The notes below the pieces were generated by a model, which saw nothing but the letters and a program-made list of their open reading frames with translations, searched no databases and was not told the origin of the DNA. The position numbers were made by a program, and so were the translations under genes. A stretch of DNA of 62,754 nt, counting the filler. It is 4 parts of 4 records of this genome, joined end to end, with 100 filler letters (N's around TTAATTAATTAA, not from the genome) between each part and the next. Parts side by side here need not be neighbours in the genome. Positions count along the whole stretch, not along the records: positions 1 to 29,453 come from SRR31156797_15626; 3 more parts are not named here. One strand, given 5' to 3'. Of the stretch, positions 1-9,701 are shown piece by piece (within the stretch, counting starts at the first letter, position 1; the number at the start of each line of letters is the position of its first letter).

Positions 1-1128
1 CATATTTATTTCACCACGCGCCATTAACCATGTACTGATACCATTTCTTTTGGCATGATACAAAAGAGATTCTGCTGATACCGTTTGAATGCATTTATGA
101 AATTCTTTAAGGTTTCGGGCAGTTGTAACAGTGATGCCTCTGGGGTTGCAAAAAACAAAATTGCCAAAGCCTAATTTGTGATGAATGAAATCAAACATAT
201 CCTGTGAAAGCGATTCAGAATTCTTATCGATAAAATCAGCGCCAACCAATGCTGCTTTTTTGCGGTTGTTGATGTCCGAAGACTGCATCAAAGTAGGTAT
301 GTTTACCAGGGTTTTTGCATATTTAATAAGTTCAACACCTGCATTCTCATCATGTATTCCGCGCTTGCTATATTTTACGTCGGTGATGATGGAAATCAAG
401 TATTCTTTATAGTTATTAATAATATCAATAGCTTCTTCATAATTGCTGACCAGAAGAATTTTAGGACGCGCACGCATTTTTAGGATTTTATGCAGTTGAT
501 CGAAACCTTCTTCAGCTAAAATTACCTGTGTTTGCATCATCATATGTGAGTACAAAATAGGTAGATATCGGGAGTAATATTTTTGTGAATCTTCAACCAA
601 CAGAATAACCCTGACGTTTCCAATTCGTGTATCTTTAGCCACATTCTTTTTGTCCTCCACATACTTAATCATGGCTAAAAAAACCTTGGAGTCACCATTC
701 CATACAAAAACCTTATCTATGAATTTAACATTAGGGCCGTTTTCATCAAAAAAACGCAAGTCGCTGTTGTTATTTACCATAAGCAATAAAGGCATGTCCG
801 GCAAATGAACTTTGATTTCTTTACTGATGTCAACCGGAGTTGTTTTATCCAGTCCAGCCATTACAATCACCATATCAAAGTTTCTGTAGTTAAGCATTTC
901 AATGGCTTCTGCAGCATTGGAAACAGATGTAATTCGTGGAGCAGTATATAAGTTTAGTTGCAAAAATTCGCCGTAGATCCGGTCAAAAAACTTCCCCTCG
1001 CGTACTATGGAATAAGCATCATAGTAGTTTGCAATCAGAAGGACTTCTTTTACTTTGAACTCCATTAGTTCAGCAAATATGTCCTGATCGTTTTTTTTGC
1101 GGTTGTATACCTTATTCAAATTGTGCAT
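1..1128 (-). CDS. PEP synthase/pyruvate phosphate dikinase PEP/pyruvate-binding family protein with N-terminal receiver-like region (3' end runs off the window)
   Basis: Not in the ORF track because it has no stop in the window. Manual translation from ATG at 1128 gives MHNLNKVYNRKKNDQDIFAELMEFKVKEVLLIANYYDAYSIVREGKFFDRIYGEFLQLNLYTAPRITSV..., then RVILLVEDSQKYYSRYLP and LKMRARPKILLV, matching the Bacteroidota family. Confidence 0.75.
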   Translation of the reverse strand, partial: MHNLNKVYNRKKNDQDIFAELMEFKVKEVLLIANYYDAYSIVREGKFFDRIYGEFLQLNLYTAPRITSVSNAAEAIEMLNYRNFDMVIVMAGLDKTTPVDISKEIKVHLPDMPLLLMVNNNSDLRFFDENGPNVKFIDKVFVWNGDSKVFLAMIKYVEDKKNVAKDTRIGNVRVILLVEDSQKYYSRYLPILYSHMMMQTQVILAEEGFDQLHKILKMRARPKILLVSNYEEAIDIINNYKEYLISIITDVKYSKRGIHDENAGVELIKYAKTLVNIPTLMQSSDINNRKKAALVGADFIDKNSESLSQDMFDFIHHKLGFGNFVFCNPRGITVTTARNLKEFHKCIQTVSAESLLYHAKRNGISTWLMARGEINM

Positions 1129-1284
1129 GCGTATGTAGTTTTGTGGTATGGCAATCGATCAAACGAAGTTACTAAAAAGCCTTCATCTTAAAATGATTTA
1201 TGTTAGTTAAGTTTTTGATCTTTGATTATTAAAATCTTTTATGACATTGGTTTGTTATACATTAGAACTTGCTTTTTATCGAGT

Positions 1285-1683
1285 ATGAAAAAAACGGTAT
1301 TGTTTTATGATGGAAATTGTAGTTTGTGTCATTGGAGTGTGCAATTCATTTTGCGATACGAAAAAGATCACTCCATTCATTTTGCAAGTTTACAATCAGA
1401 TTTCTTCAAGCGATATGTATCAAAACTGAATTTCACGGAAAATATTACGGACTCCGTGATTTTAGTTCGTAACAATTTTTGGTATCAAAAAAGTAGTGCC
1501 GTTATTGAGTTGGCTAGTTTGCTGCGTTTCCCGTTTTCATTATTGCGTTTGTTGAAAATTGTTCCCAAATCAATAGCAGACAGATGTTATGATTTCATAG
1601 CCCAAAACAGGTATCGATGGTTTGGAAGGAAACAAACCTGCTTTATACCTTCTTTTCAATTAAAGGGTAGATTTTTGGAATAA
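1285..1683 (+). CDS. DCC1/YuxK-like thiol-disulfide oxidoreductase (DUF393)
   Basis: N-terminal YDGNCSLC (DxxCxxC) and C-terminal YDFIAQNRYRWFG. ATG at 1285 is preferred over the track's TTG at 1222. Confidence 0.85.
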   Translation: MKKTVLFYDGNCSLCHWSVQFILRYEKDHSIHFASLQSDFFKRYVSKLNFTENITDSVILVRNNFWYQKSSAVIELASLLRFPFSLLRLLKIVPKSIADRCYDFIAQNRYRWFGRKQTCFIPSFQLKGRFLE

Positions 1684-1842
1684 TTATGTTTATTTTCGGC
1701 AGTCGTGATTAAAATGGAATTAAATTAGTTGTTTTTGAAAAAATAATTGAAACTGTGCCATTGTAATTTCGTAGTAAAATGGAGGAATTTGGTATTTCTT
1801 GAATTTCCAGGTTATCTTAATGATAACGATTTATTCAATATG

Positions 1843-1873
1843 TTTAGCAGAACATCATGTTCCTATATATTTG
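1843..1873 (+). promoter_or_regulatory. Bacteroidota housekeeping-sigma promoter (-33/-7)
   Basis: TTTA-N19-TATATTTG against consensus TTTG-N19-21-TAnnTTTG, 13 nt upstream of ATG 1887. Confidence 0.55.
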
Positions 1874-1886
1874 ACAGCTTAAGCTT

Positions 1887-4800
1887 ATGAAATCAAAAAA
1901 ACGTTTGCAGGTAGTATTATTCTTACTACTCACACTTTCTTTTCAGCATATTTATGCAACCCGTTATTATGTAGCAAGCGATGGAGCAGGAGCCGGCACT
2001 TCCTGGTCTGATGCACTCAATGATCTTCAAGCAACTATTGATGGCGCTATTGCTGGAGATGAAATTTGGGTAAAAAGCGGAACTTATTTACCTGATGCTA
2101 CTGATAGAACGATATCATTTATTTTAAAATCAGGCGTAAAAGTTTATGGTGGTTTTCAAGGTGTGGAGACTAGTTTAGATGAGCGCATACTTGCCGATAG
2201 AGATGGCAATGGAAGAATGGAGCATTGGGAGTTTCAATATCCAAGTATTTTATCCGGAGAGATTCAGGACGATGGTGATGAAAGTAATAACTCACATCAT
2301 GTGGTTATTATACCTGCAGCCGCAGATGCAACAACTTTGTTGAGCGGTTTTGAGATTCTAGGAGGATATGCAGATGTAACTTATAGTTCCAATGACGGAC
2401 CGAATGCTTGTGGAGCTGGTATTTTAGCATTGGCAGGTAAAGTAGAAGATTGTCAGATAATTGATTGTAAAGCCATTTATGATGGTAATATGTCAACGGC
2501 AGGAGCAGGTATTTTTGCATTAGGAGCGCAAATAAATACTTCAAAAATATATAACTGTATAGCCGAAAACACATCAGCAACGGGAGGAAATGTTATTGGA
2601 GGTGGTGTTTATATGAATTCAGGAAGTATGCTGGATTCTTGCGTGATTTCTTCATGTTATGCCAGTTGTTCAAGTTCCGATGAAGCCTTTGGAGGTGGTG
2701 TTTATATGAATAACTCTTATATCTGGGATAGTCATATTAATAATTGCTATGCTACAGGAACAAATGGAGATGGTGGCGGAATATGGATGATTAGTAGTAA
2801 TCTGATTAACTCTGTTGTAAACAATTGTGAAGCAACAAGAAACGGAGGAGCTATTTATGTTCAGGGTTCTAATGTTATCAATTGTGTTATTGCCAAAAGT
2901 AAAGTTACCGGAACTATGAGCCTGGGTGCAGGAGTTTATGACTTAGGAAGCAGTTCTATACACAATTCTGTTTTGTGGGGTAATTACAAAGGGGAGAATC
3001 TCTCGAACCTTAGGGCTTCTGTTGATGGAGATGTAGGTAATTGTGCTTCCGATCAGGATTTAAGTGGTAGCAATAATATTCTTATTTCAACTGATAATGA
3101 TGGAAGTGAAGAAGGTGTTCTTTATCCTAGATTTATAGGCGAAACTAATTTTACAGGAGTAACAAATGGGCAGGAGCCTAAAGAAACAAGTTTGTTGAGT
3201 TCTGATTGGAATATTGAATATACATCCGACCTGATTGAAAAAGGAAATAATAGTGCGTTGAATGAAGCCATGCAAGGAGACTTGAATGGAGACGGTGATC
3301 AAACGGATAGAATTGAAAAATTCACCGATCCCTTGGGCGAGAATCGTTTGTTTAATTATAACGTTGATATCGGTGCTTTCGAAAGTGTATTTATCGATCT
3401 TGTTTTGCCATCCTCTCCAACGGTTGAATATGGATCTGCATTAGGAGATATTGTTTTAAGCGGAGGTAGTGCAACAGATAAGCGTGATGCTTCTAATATA
3501 ATTGGGGTGTTTTCTTTTACGGATACAGAAGTTATTCCTCCATTTACTGAAGAGAGTCAGATATATCAGGTTACTTTTACCCCTGATGAAAGTGTAAGTT
3601 CACTTTATCCATTGCATTATGATAGCCTTACAATCATTATTACAGCAAAGGTTTTAACCATGAGTGGTTTGTCAGCTGAAGGTAAGGTTTATGATGGTAC
3701 CACCACAGTTACCAGCTTTTCAGGTTCGGCTATTTTAGAAGGAGTGGTAGACGGAGATGATGTTACCCTAAATACAGGAGCCATTTCAGCGGTGTTTGAA
3801 AATGAAAATGCCGGAATAGATAAAGGTGTTGAGTTTACCGGGTATGAATTATCCGGAGCTGATAAAGATAATTACGTGCTATCATTAGTGGGAACTACTG
3901 CTACGATTACCCCTAAAGAGTTAAGTGTTACCGGGGTTGGTGCCGATAATAAAGTTTACGATGGAACTACCGATGCTTCGATTAGTGGAACGCCATTGCT
4001 ATCCGGGGTAATTGATGGAGATGATGTGAGTGTAGATCAGAGTTCAACAGTAGGAACTTTTGAAGATAAAAATATAGGAACAGGAAAAACGGTTACCTTT
4101 AATGGCTTTACTCTGGCTGGAACAGATAAAGATAATTATTCCTTAAGCCAGGAGGTTGTTTCTAGTGCTGATATTACAGTTTTAAATGTTCAGGTTTCTG
4201 GCCTTAGTGCAGAAGATAAAGAATATGATGCTTTACGGGATGCAATAATATCTGGTACTGCCGAGGTTTCTGGTTTTATTTCAACCGATGATATTGTTTT
4301 GGTAGAAACAGGAGCTAGCGCTCTTTTTGATACCAAACATGTTGGTTCCGATAAACAGGTGGTTTTGACAGGCTATGGTTTGTCTGGTGCAGATGCGTCT
4401 AACTATTCCTTGTCGCAACCTAATGCTCTTACTGCTTCTATTTTGGCCAAACAATTAACTGTTTCAGGCTTTTCTGTTGAAACAAAGGAATATGATGGAA
4501 CAATGCAGGCTATTATTACAGGTACTCCGGTGTTAAATGATGTGTTGGCAGGAGACGATGTTAACTTAAATTCAGCAAGTGTAGTAGGTGTTTATGTAGA
4601 AGCTAATGCAGGTGTAAATAAACCGGTGACAGTTTCTGGTTTGTCACTAAGTGGAGCTGATAGTGGAAATTACACTTTAGCCGATATGCAATTAAATGGA
4701 AATATCGATCCTGTGAGTATAGCTATTCTGGCAGATGCACTTTCTAAAGTATACAATGAATCAGATCCGGAGCTAACGTATTCAATAACTTCTGGTGCAT

Positions 4801-5708
4801 TGGTTGGTGGTGATTCATTTGATGGAGCTTTAATCCGAGAGTCTGGTGAAGATGCTGGCACCTATCAAATACAACAAGGTACTTTAGGGTTAAACAGTAA
4901 TTATATAATCAGTTTTACGGGTAATGATTTTACCATACAACAAGCAGCTAACAGTATTGACTTTTCATGGGAAGCACCGGTTGAAAACGCAGCCATTGAT
5001 TTTGATCAGAATTTAACCATAACATTAAATGCTATTGCAACATCTGGTGAGCAAATTATGTATCAAAGTTCAGATGTGGCTGTGGCATATATTGATGATG
5101 AAACCGGTACGCTTTATATTCTTTCATATGGAAATATAACCATTACTGCCAATGAGAGTGCTAATCAAAATTATGAATCAGCTACTCCGGTTACTTTAAA
5201 CTTGTCTATTGTGCCTAAAGTAACTGCGCTTCGGAAAGGTGATAATATGATTTTAATCGATAATTCAGATTTATTATTTGGCGATGTTCGTGACGAAGAT
5301 TTGTCAGGAACATATCAGTGGTACAATAACGGAACGGCTATTCCTGGAGCCACAAAACAATATTATTATAATGCTTCCGGATTAAGTGGCGAGTATTATT
5401 GTATGGTTACGACAAATTCACGCGGAGATGAATTTTCAAGTAATACAATTGCTATATCAATACAACAAGCTATCAATATTTATCCCTCACCGGCAATTGT
5501 AGGGCAAGCCTTTAATGTAGAATTGGATGGTTTTGATCAGGCAGATTTAAACAATAATTCCGTTCAGGTATATTCTATTACAGGAGAGAAGGTACAGCAG
5601 GTTTTTAATTTAAACCAAAGCAATACAATGTCTATAAGTAAACCGGGAGTTTATATAATTAAAACTACAGGCGGGAGTAAGTTGGCTAAGCGATTAATAG
5701 TTAAGTAA
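1887..5708 (+). CDS. Secreted T9SS (type A CTD) protein: right-handed beta-helix, four YDG repeats, MBG domain, Ig-like domain
   Basis: Signal peptide; GGGVY/GGAIY beta-helix repeats; KVYDG, KVYDG, KEYDA and KEYDG repeats; SKVYNESDPELTY...REsGEdaGtYqI (MBG); C-terminal IYPSP...PGVYIIK...KRLIVK. Confidence 0.85.
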   Translation: MKSKKRLQVVLFLLLTLSFQHIYATRYYVASDGAGAGTSWSDALNDLQATIDGAIAGDEIWVKSGTYLPDATDRTISFILKSGVKVYGGFQGVETSLDERILADRDGNGRMEHWEFQYPSILSGEIQDDGDESNNSHHVVIIPAAADATTLLSGFEILGGYADVTYSSNDGPNACGAGILALAGKVEDCQIIDCKAIYDGNMSTAGAGIFALGAQINTSKIYNCIAENTSATGGNVIGGGVYMNSGSMLDSCVISSCYASCSSSDEAFGGGVYMNNSYIWDSHINNCYATGTNGDGGGIWMISSNLINSVVNNCEATRNGGAIYVQGSNVINCVIAKSKVTGTMSLGAGVYDLGSSSIHNSVLWGNYKGENLSNLRASVDGDVGNCASDQDLSGSNNILISTDNDGSEEGVLYPRFIGETNFTGVTNGQEPKETSLLSSDWNIEYTSDLIEKGNNSALNEAMQGDLNGDGDQTDRIEKFTDPLGENRLFNYNVDIGAFESVFIDLVLPSSPTVEYGSALGDIVLSGGSATDKRDASNIIGVFSFTDTEVIPPFTEESQIYQVTFTPDESVSSLYPLHYDSLTIIITAKVLTMSGLSAEGKVYDGTTTVTSFSGSAILEGVVDGDDVTLNTGAISAVFENENAGIDKGVEFTGYELSGADKDNYVLSLVGTTATITPKELSVTGVGADNKVYDGTTDASISGTPLLSGVIDGDDVSVDQSSTVGTFEDKNIGTGKTVTFNGFTLAGTDKDNYSLSQEVVSSADITVLNVQVSGLSAEDKEYDALRDAIISGTAEVSGFISTDDIVLVETGASALFDTKHVGSDKQVVLTGYGLSGADASNYSLSQPNALTASILAKQLTVSGFSVETKEYDGTMQAIITGTPVLNDVLAGDDVNLNSASVVGVYVEANAGVNKPVTVSGLSLSGADSGNYTLADMQLNGNIDPVSIAILADALSKVYNESDPELTYSITSGALVGGDSFDGALIRESGEDAGTYQIQQGTLGLNSNYIISFTGNDFTIQQAANSIDFSWEAPVENAAIDFDQNLTITLNAIATSGEQIMYQSSDVAVAYIDDETGTLYILSYGNITITANESANQNYESATPVTLNLSIVPKVTALRKGDNMILIDNSDLLFGDVRDEDLSGTYQWYNNGTAIPGATKQYYYNASGLSGEYYCMVTTNSRGDEFSSNTIAISIQQAINIYPSPAIVGQAFNVELDGFDQADLNNNSVQVYSITGEKVQQVFNLNQSNTMSISKPGVYIIKTTGGSKLAKRLIVK

Positions 5709-5734
5709 AAAGTTAAATTTTAATAGATACCATT

Positions 5735-6571
5735 GTGAAAAAACTATATAATTTCATTTTCTTTTTTATTGGTCTGCTTTTATGTATGCCGGCAGTAGCT
5801 CAAATTAAATTACAGTCTTTTGTAGGAATTGGGTCGCAATCATTGAACTATACTTACGAAGGGGCAAGTGTATCCGGAGCTTCGGGTGTAAATTTTGGAG
5901 CAGATGTGTTTTATTATCTGACAGAAGATTTAGCTATTGGTGCCGGGCTTCGACTTACGTCTTATAAATCTGATGCCACTATTGGTGACTATGAATATTT
6001 TAGTACAGGTACAGACAAAGATGGAGATGCGTACGCATTAACAAAGACTTTTGCTGATATCAAGGAATCGCATAAACTTTCAGCCATTGAAATACCTCTT
6101 TTAATTAGATATCAGAAATGGGTGAGTGGTAGTATTATCGTTTATGGTGCTACAGGACCTGTGTTTGTGTTGCCGGGTTCATTAAAAACAACATTTAATA
6201 GTGGAGTTGTAAGCTCAGAAGGTTTTTATGAAAAATGGCATCTTCCTGTTGATGAAGCATCCGAATATGGATATATAACAACTAATTTACCTGATATTGA
6301 ACCTGAATTAACAGCGAAAACATCATTGTCGTGGGCATTAGAAATAGGAGGTGAATATTTTATTAATAAAAGATTGAATCTGACACTGACTGCATATTAC
6401 CAGCCAGGTATGTCAAGCTTTATGGAGTCAGAGGAGCAAAGTGATGTGTTTGGATATCGAGGTAGTCTGGCTGAAGCTAGTAATGCTAAGTTGAATAAGG
6501 TGGGTATAAAATTTGGAATTAATTTTGACCTGACACCTCCTGAAAGATCAAGTATTAAGAGTATTCGATAA
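5735..6571 (+). CDS. Outer-membrane beta-barrel protein (PorT/OMP_b-brl-like)
   Basis: GTG start, signal peptide ending AVA-Q, alternating amphipathic strands, IEIPLLIRY motif and terminal VGIKFGINF strand. Confidence 0.7.
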   Translation: MKKLYNFIFFFIGLLLCMPAVAQIKLQSFVGIGSQSLNYTYEGASVSGASGVNFGADVFYYLTEDLAIGAGLRLTSYKSDATIGDYEYFSTGTDKDGDAYALTKTFADIKESHKLSAIEIPLLIRYQKWVSGSIIVYGATGPVFVLPGSLKTTFNSGVVSSEGFYEKWHLPVDEASEYGYITTNLPDIEPELTAKTSLSWALEIGGEYFINKRLNLTLTAYYQPGMSSFMESEEQSDVFGYRGSLAEASNAKLNKVGIKFGINFDLTPPERSSIKSIR

Positions 6572-6579
6572 AAATATTT

Positions 6580-6606
6580 AAAGCACCAGTTAATGGTGCT
6601 TTTTTT
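6580..6606. terminator. Intrinsic terminator, likely bidirectional
   Basis: AAAGCACCA-gttaa-TGGTGCTTT followed by a T-run, between convergent genes. Confidence 0.75.
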
Positions 6607-7390
6607 ATATGAATAAATTACCTTTCATATATGTCTTGCATTGACCTCCAATATATACTCTTTGTCCTTTTATTTCGCAGTTTAATAAACCTCCACGAGG
6701 ACTAAGTTGTCCAGCCGTAAGGGAATTCTTTTTAAATTGCTTGGCCCAATAAGGAGTTAGCGTAGTGTGAGCAGAACCGGTAACAGGATCTTCTGGAATT
6801 CCTGATTGAGGAGCAAAGAATCTGCTAACAAAATCAACCTTTTCACCGGGTGCAGTAATAATAACTCCTCTACAGTCCAGTTTTTTAATTATCTCTAAAT
6901 TAGGGACAAAATCAGCCACTTGTCGTTCGTTACTTAGAATAAACATTAAATCAGTTTTCCCTTTAAAAACGCCCTTAACCCAATGTTTGGAATCTACCTG
7001 CATTAGTTCCGGTAATTCCGCAACAGGTTTATATTCATCCATAGGAAAATCAAGCGTTAGATAGCTGTCAGATTTACTAACCCGCAAAGTACCGCTATTG
7101 GATTGAAATGTAACTTCTTCACCTTCCAAATCTTCGTGGTTAAATAATACATGAGCAGCAGCAAGAGTCGCATGTCCACATAATTCGACTTCAGTGGTAG
7201 GCGTAAACCATCTAATTTCAAGATCTGGTCCACATGGTGTAATGAATGCTGTTTCTGCTAGATTATTTTCCATGGCTATTTTCTGCATGGTTTGTTCATC
7301 TAACCACTTATTTAATATTACAACGGCTGCAGGGTTGCCGGAAAATAGCTCTGAAGAAAAGGCGTCAACCTGATAAATATTTAGAGTCAT
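6605..7390 (-). CDS. PhzF family isomerase/epimerase
   Basis: YQVDAF..GNPAAV, NLAETAF, EVELCGHATLA, EDPVTGSAH. Confidence 0.92.
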   Translation of the reverse strand: MTLNIYQVDAFSSELFSGNPAAVVILNKWLDEQTMQKIAMENNLAETAFITPCGPDLEIRWFTPTTEVELCGHATLAAAHVLFNHEDLEGEEVTFQSNSGTLRVSKSDSYLTLDFPMDEYKPVAELPELMQVDSKHWVKGVFKGKTDLMFILSNERQVADFVPNLEIIKKLDCRGVIITAPGEKVDFVSRFFAPQSGIPEDPVTGSAHTTLTPYWAKQFKKNSLTAGQLSPRGGLLNCEIKGQRVYIGGQCKTYMKGNLFI

Positions 7391-7736
7391 GTTTGTTCAA
7401 CTTTAATGGGTTAATGTTCAAAAATAGACAATTAAATATCAAAAACGAAACTATATCAACAGATATAAATTATACATCAAAACAGGCAACTTTTCATGTG
7501 TAATCATCGTTAAAATTGAAAGAGAATTACTATCTTATTACAAGATTATTATTTGGGATTACTAGATTTTGAATTAGTTTCTGTGTAGTTGTAATGTGCA
7601 TGTTGATAGTGTTTTGTAAAATAGGAAGGAGGTTTTGTTTTAATTTATTTTTAATGCTGTTTTAGCATTTTCTTAACTTATTACTATCATTTTTGCACCG
7701 TGAAAAACAATACGGTTTTAACCAAAACTATATATC

Positions 7737-7928
7737 ATGTTAGAGCATCAAAAAAAAGTATTATTGGGAGTTTCTAAAAATCCTCATCTTTTTAGAAAAG
7801 AGATCGAAAAATCATTGAGTTGGTTAAGCAGTAATGAAGCTGAACAACTTTACAAGTGGGTGAAAAAAGAGTTTGGACTTTATTATTCACAAATGTTAAG
7901 TGAGATTTTTTACGGAATATCTGCTTAA
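7737..7928 (+). CDS. Small conserved Bacteroidota hypothetical protein (63 aa)
   Basis: MLEHQKKVL..VS....LFRKEI.KSL.WL...E...L..W pattern; A-rich leader; followed by a hairpin. Confidence 0.65.
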   Translation: MLEHQKKVLLGVSKNPHLFRKEIEKSLSWLSSNEAEQLYKWVKKEFGLYYSQMLSEIFYGISA

Positions 7929-7941
7929 TTAAATTCTTGTC

Positions 7942-8000
7942 AAATCAGCAGAGAATCTAGTTTGCTCTAATTTTTAAAGAATTAGGTTCTCTACTGATTT
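7942..8000. terminator. Long hairpin (terminator or 3' stabiliser)
   Basis: AAATCAGCAGAGAATCTAGTT / AATTAGGTTCTCTACTGATTT, 21-bp stem with 18 Watson-Crick pairs. Confidence 0.5.
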
Positions 8001-8056
8001 AGTTCTAATTTTAATAGGTTTTATTTTTGAATTTATAGATTGTAAGCAAAATAAAT

Positions 8057-8087
8057 TTTGATATTTCAAAAAATATAATAAAATTTG
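8057..8087 (+). promoter_or_regulatory. Probable trp operon promoter
   Basis: TTTG-N19-AAAATTTG, one mismatch to TAnnTTTG, just upstream of the leader ORF. Confidence 0.45.
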
Positions 8088-8111
8088 CGTTCGCTAATAA
8101 ATTATAAGCAA

Positions 8112-8165
8112 ATGACAAAGATAATGAACAATTCATGGTGGTGGCACTGGCTTTTTCTTAACTAA
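8112..8165 (+). CDS. trpL: trp operon leader peptide MTKIMNNSWWWHWLFLN
   Basis: 17-codon ORF with TGG TGG TGG CAC TGG directly upstream of an attenuator hairpin and trpE. Confidence 0.9.
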   Translation: MTKIMNNSWWWHWLFLN

Positions 8166-8205
8166 GAAGAGGTGAGAGCTTCGCTATTATAAAATATTTT
8201 AAAAT

Positions 8206-8238
8206 GGCTTGCCGTAACCTCGGTAAGCCTTTTTTTTT
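8206..8238 (+). terminator. trp attenuator terminator
   Basis: GGCTTGCCG-taacct-CGGTAAGCC followed by T9, 29 nt before the trpE start. Confidence 0.9.
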
Positions 8239-8267
8239 GCTAACAACTCAAATAAATTAAAAGACCA

Positions 8268-9683
8268 ATGGAGTCCATTCATATTAAAACTTCGGCTAAA
8301 AAAGTACCGGCAAACATTGCTGATGTGATTACGCCGGTTAGCATATATTTAAAATTAAGAGATTTATATCCAAATACAATTTTGTTAGAGAGTTCTGATT
8401 ATCATGGTAATAATAACTCACAGTCATTTATATGTTTTCAGCCTATAGCAGAATTTAAAGTAACCCAAGGTGAGGTAGATTTAACACTGCCTGGAGGGAA
8501 AATTGTAAAAGGAGAAACACCTGAAGAAAAAGATGTTCCTGCACAATTAGATTCTTTCTTAAATGCATTTGATGTTCAATTACCTGATAATGCACCTCAA
8601 GTAAATGGCCTATTTGGTTATTCATCTTATGATGCCGTTCAACATTTTGAAACTATTCAATTTAAAAATGATGTGCAGAAGGAATATGAAGTGCCTGAAA
8701 TGAGGTATAATTATTATAAATATATCCTAGCATTTAATCATTTTTCAAACCAACTACATTTAATTGAGAATTTGCCTATAGGAGAGAAAAGTGAATTAGA
8801 TGGTATTTTGGAATTGTTGCACAACAGAACTGTACCTAGCTTTTCTTTTCAACCAGATAGTGATGAGGTATCTAATGTCACAGATGATGAATTTATTGAA
8901 ATGGTGAAAAAAGGGAAAGATCACTGTTATAAAGGTGATGTTTTTCAGATTGTACTTTCTCGTCAGTTCAAGCGTAAATATTCAGGCGATGAATTTAATG
9001 TTTACAGGGCGTTGCGCAATATAAATCCATCTCCATATCTGTTCTTTTTTGATTACGGGAGTTATAAAATATTAGGATCATCACCGGAAGCTCAGTTGGT
9101 AATAGAAAAGGGTGAAGCGACAATTAATCCAATTGCCGGTACATTTAAAAGAACCGGAGACGATATTAAGGACAAAGAATTGGCTGAAAAGTTAAGTAAT
9201 GATCCTAAAGAGAATGCAGAGCATGTGATGTTGGTAGATTTGGCCAGAAACGACCTGAGTAGGAATTGTGAAAATGTAAAAGTTAAAACCTATAAAGAAG
9301 TACAATATTATTCGCATGTATTGCACTTGGTATCTGATGTTCGGGGTCAATTACAAGAGGACTCAAATACATGCAGAGTGATGGCAGATACCTTTCCTGC
9401 AGGAACCTTATCCGGAGCACCAAAGTTCATGGCGATGGAATTAATTGATAAATACGAGAATCAAAATCGGGGATATTATGGTGGTTGTATCGGAATGATT
9501 GGTTTTGATGGGTCGTTCAATCAGGCGATTATGATTCGATCGTTTTTGTGCAAGGATAATACCTTGTACTATCAGGCTGGAGCAGGTGTTGTTTCTGAAT
9601 CAGTTCCTGAAAGTGAATTAGCCGAGGTGAATAATAAATTAGGAGCGCTAAAGAAAGCGGTAGAGTTGGCTACTGAGTTTTAA
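8268..9683 (+). CDS. trpE: Anthranilate synthase component I
   Basis: LLES, GDVFQIVLS, NPSPY, GSSPE, PIAGT, KENAEHVMLVDLARND, FPAGTLSGAPK. Confidence 0.97.
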   Translation: MESIHIKTSAKKVPANIADVITPVSIYLKLRDLYPNTILLESSDYHGNNNSQSFICFQPIAEFKVTQGEVDLTLPGGKIVKGETPEEKDVPAQLDSFLNAFDVQLPDNAPQVNGLFGYSSYDAVQHFETIQFKNDVQKEYEVPEMRYNYYKYILAFNHFSNQLHLIENLPIGEKSELDGILELLHNRTVPSFSFQPDSDEVSNVTDDEFIEMVKKGKDHCYKGDVFQIVLSRQFKRKYSGDEFNVYRALRNINPSPYLFFFDYGSYKILGSSPEAQLVIEKGEATINPIAGTFKRTGDDIKDKELAEKLSNDPKENAEHVMLVDLARNDLSRNCENVKVKTYKEVQYYSHVLHLVSDVRGQLQEDSNTCRVMADTFPAGTLSGAPKFMAMELIDKYENQNRGYYGGCIGMIGFDGSFNQAIMIRSFLCKDNTLYYQAGAGVVSESVPESELAEVNNKLGALKKAVELATEF

Positions 9684-9701
9684 TTTTGGAGGAAGAAAAA
9701 A

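Noticed and set aside
185..412. 75-aa plus-strand ORF
   Set aside because: Antisense shadow of the PPDK-like gene at 1-1128.
7246..7503. 85-aa ORF overlapping the phzF start
   Set aside because: Antisense to phzF with no recognisable features.
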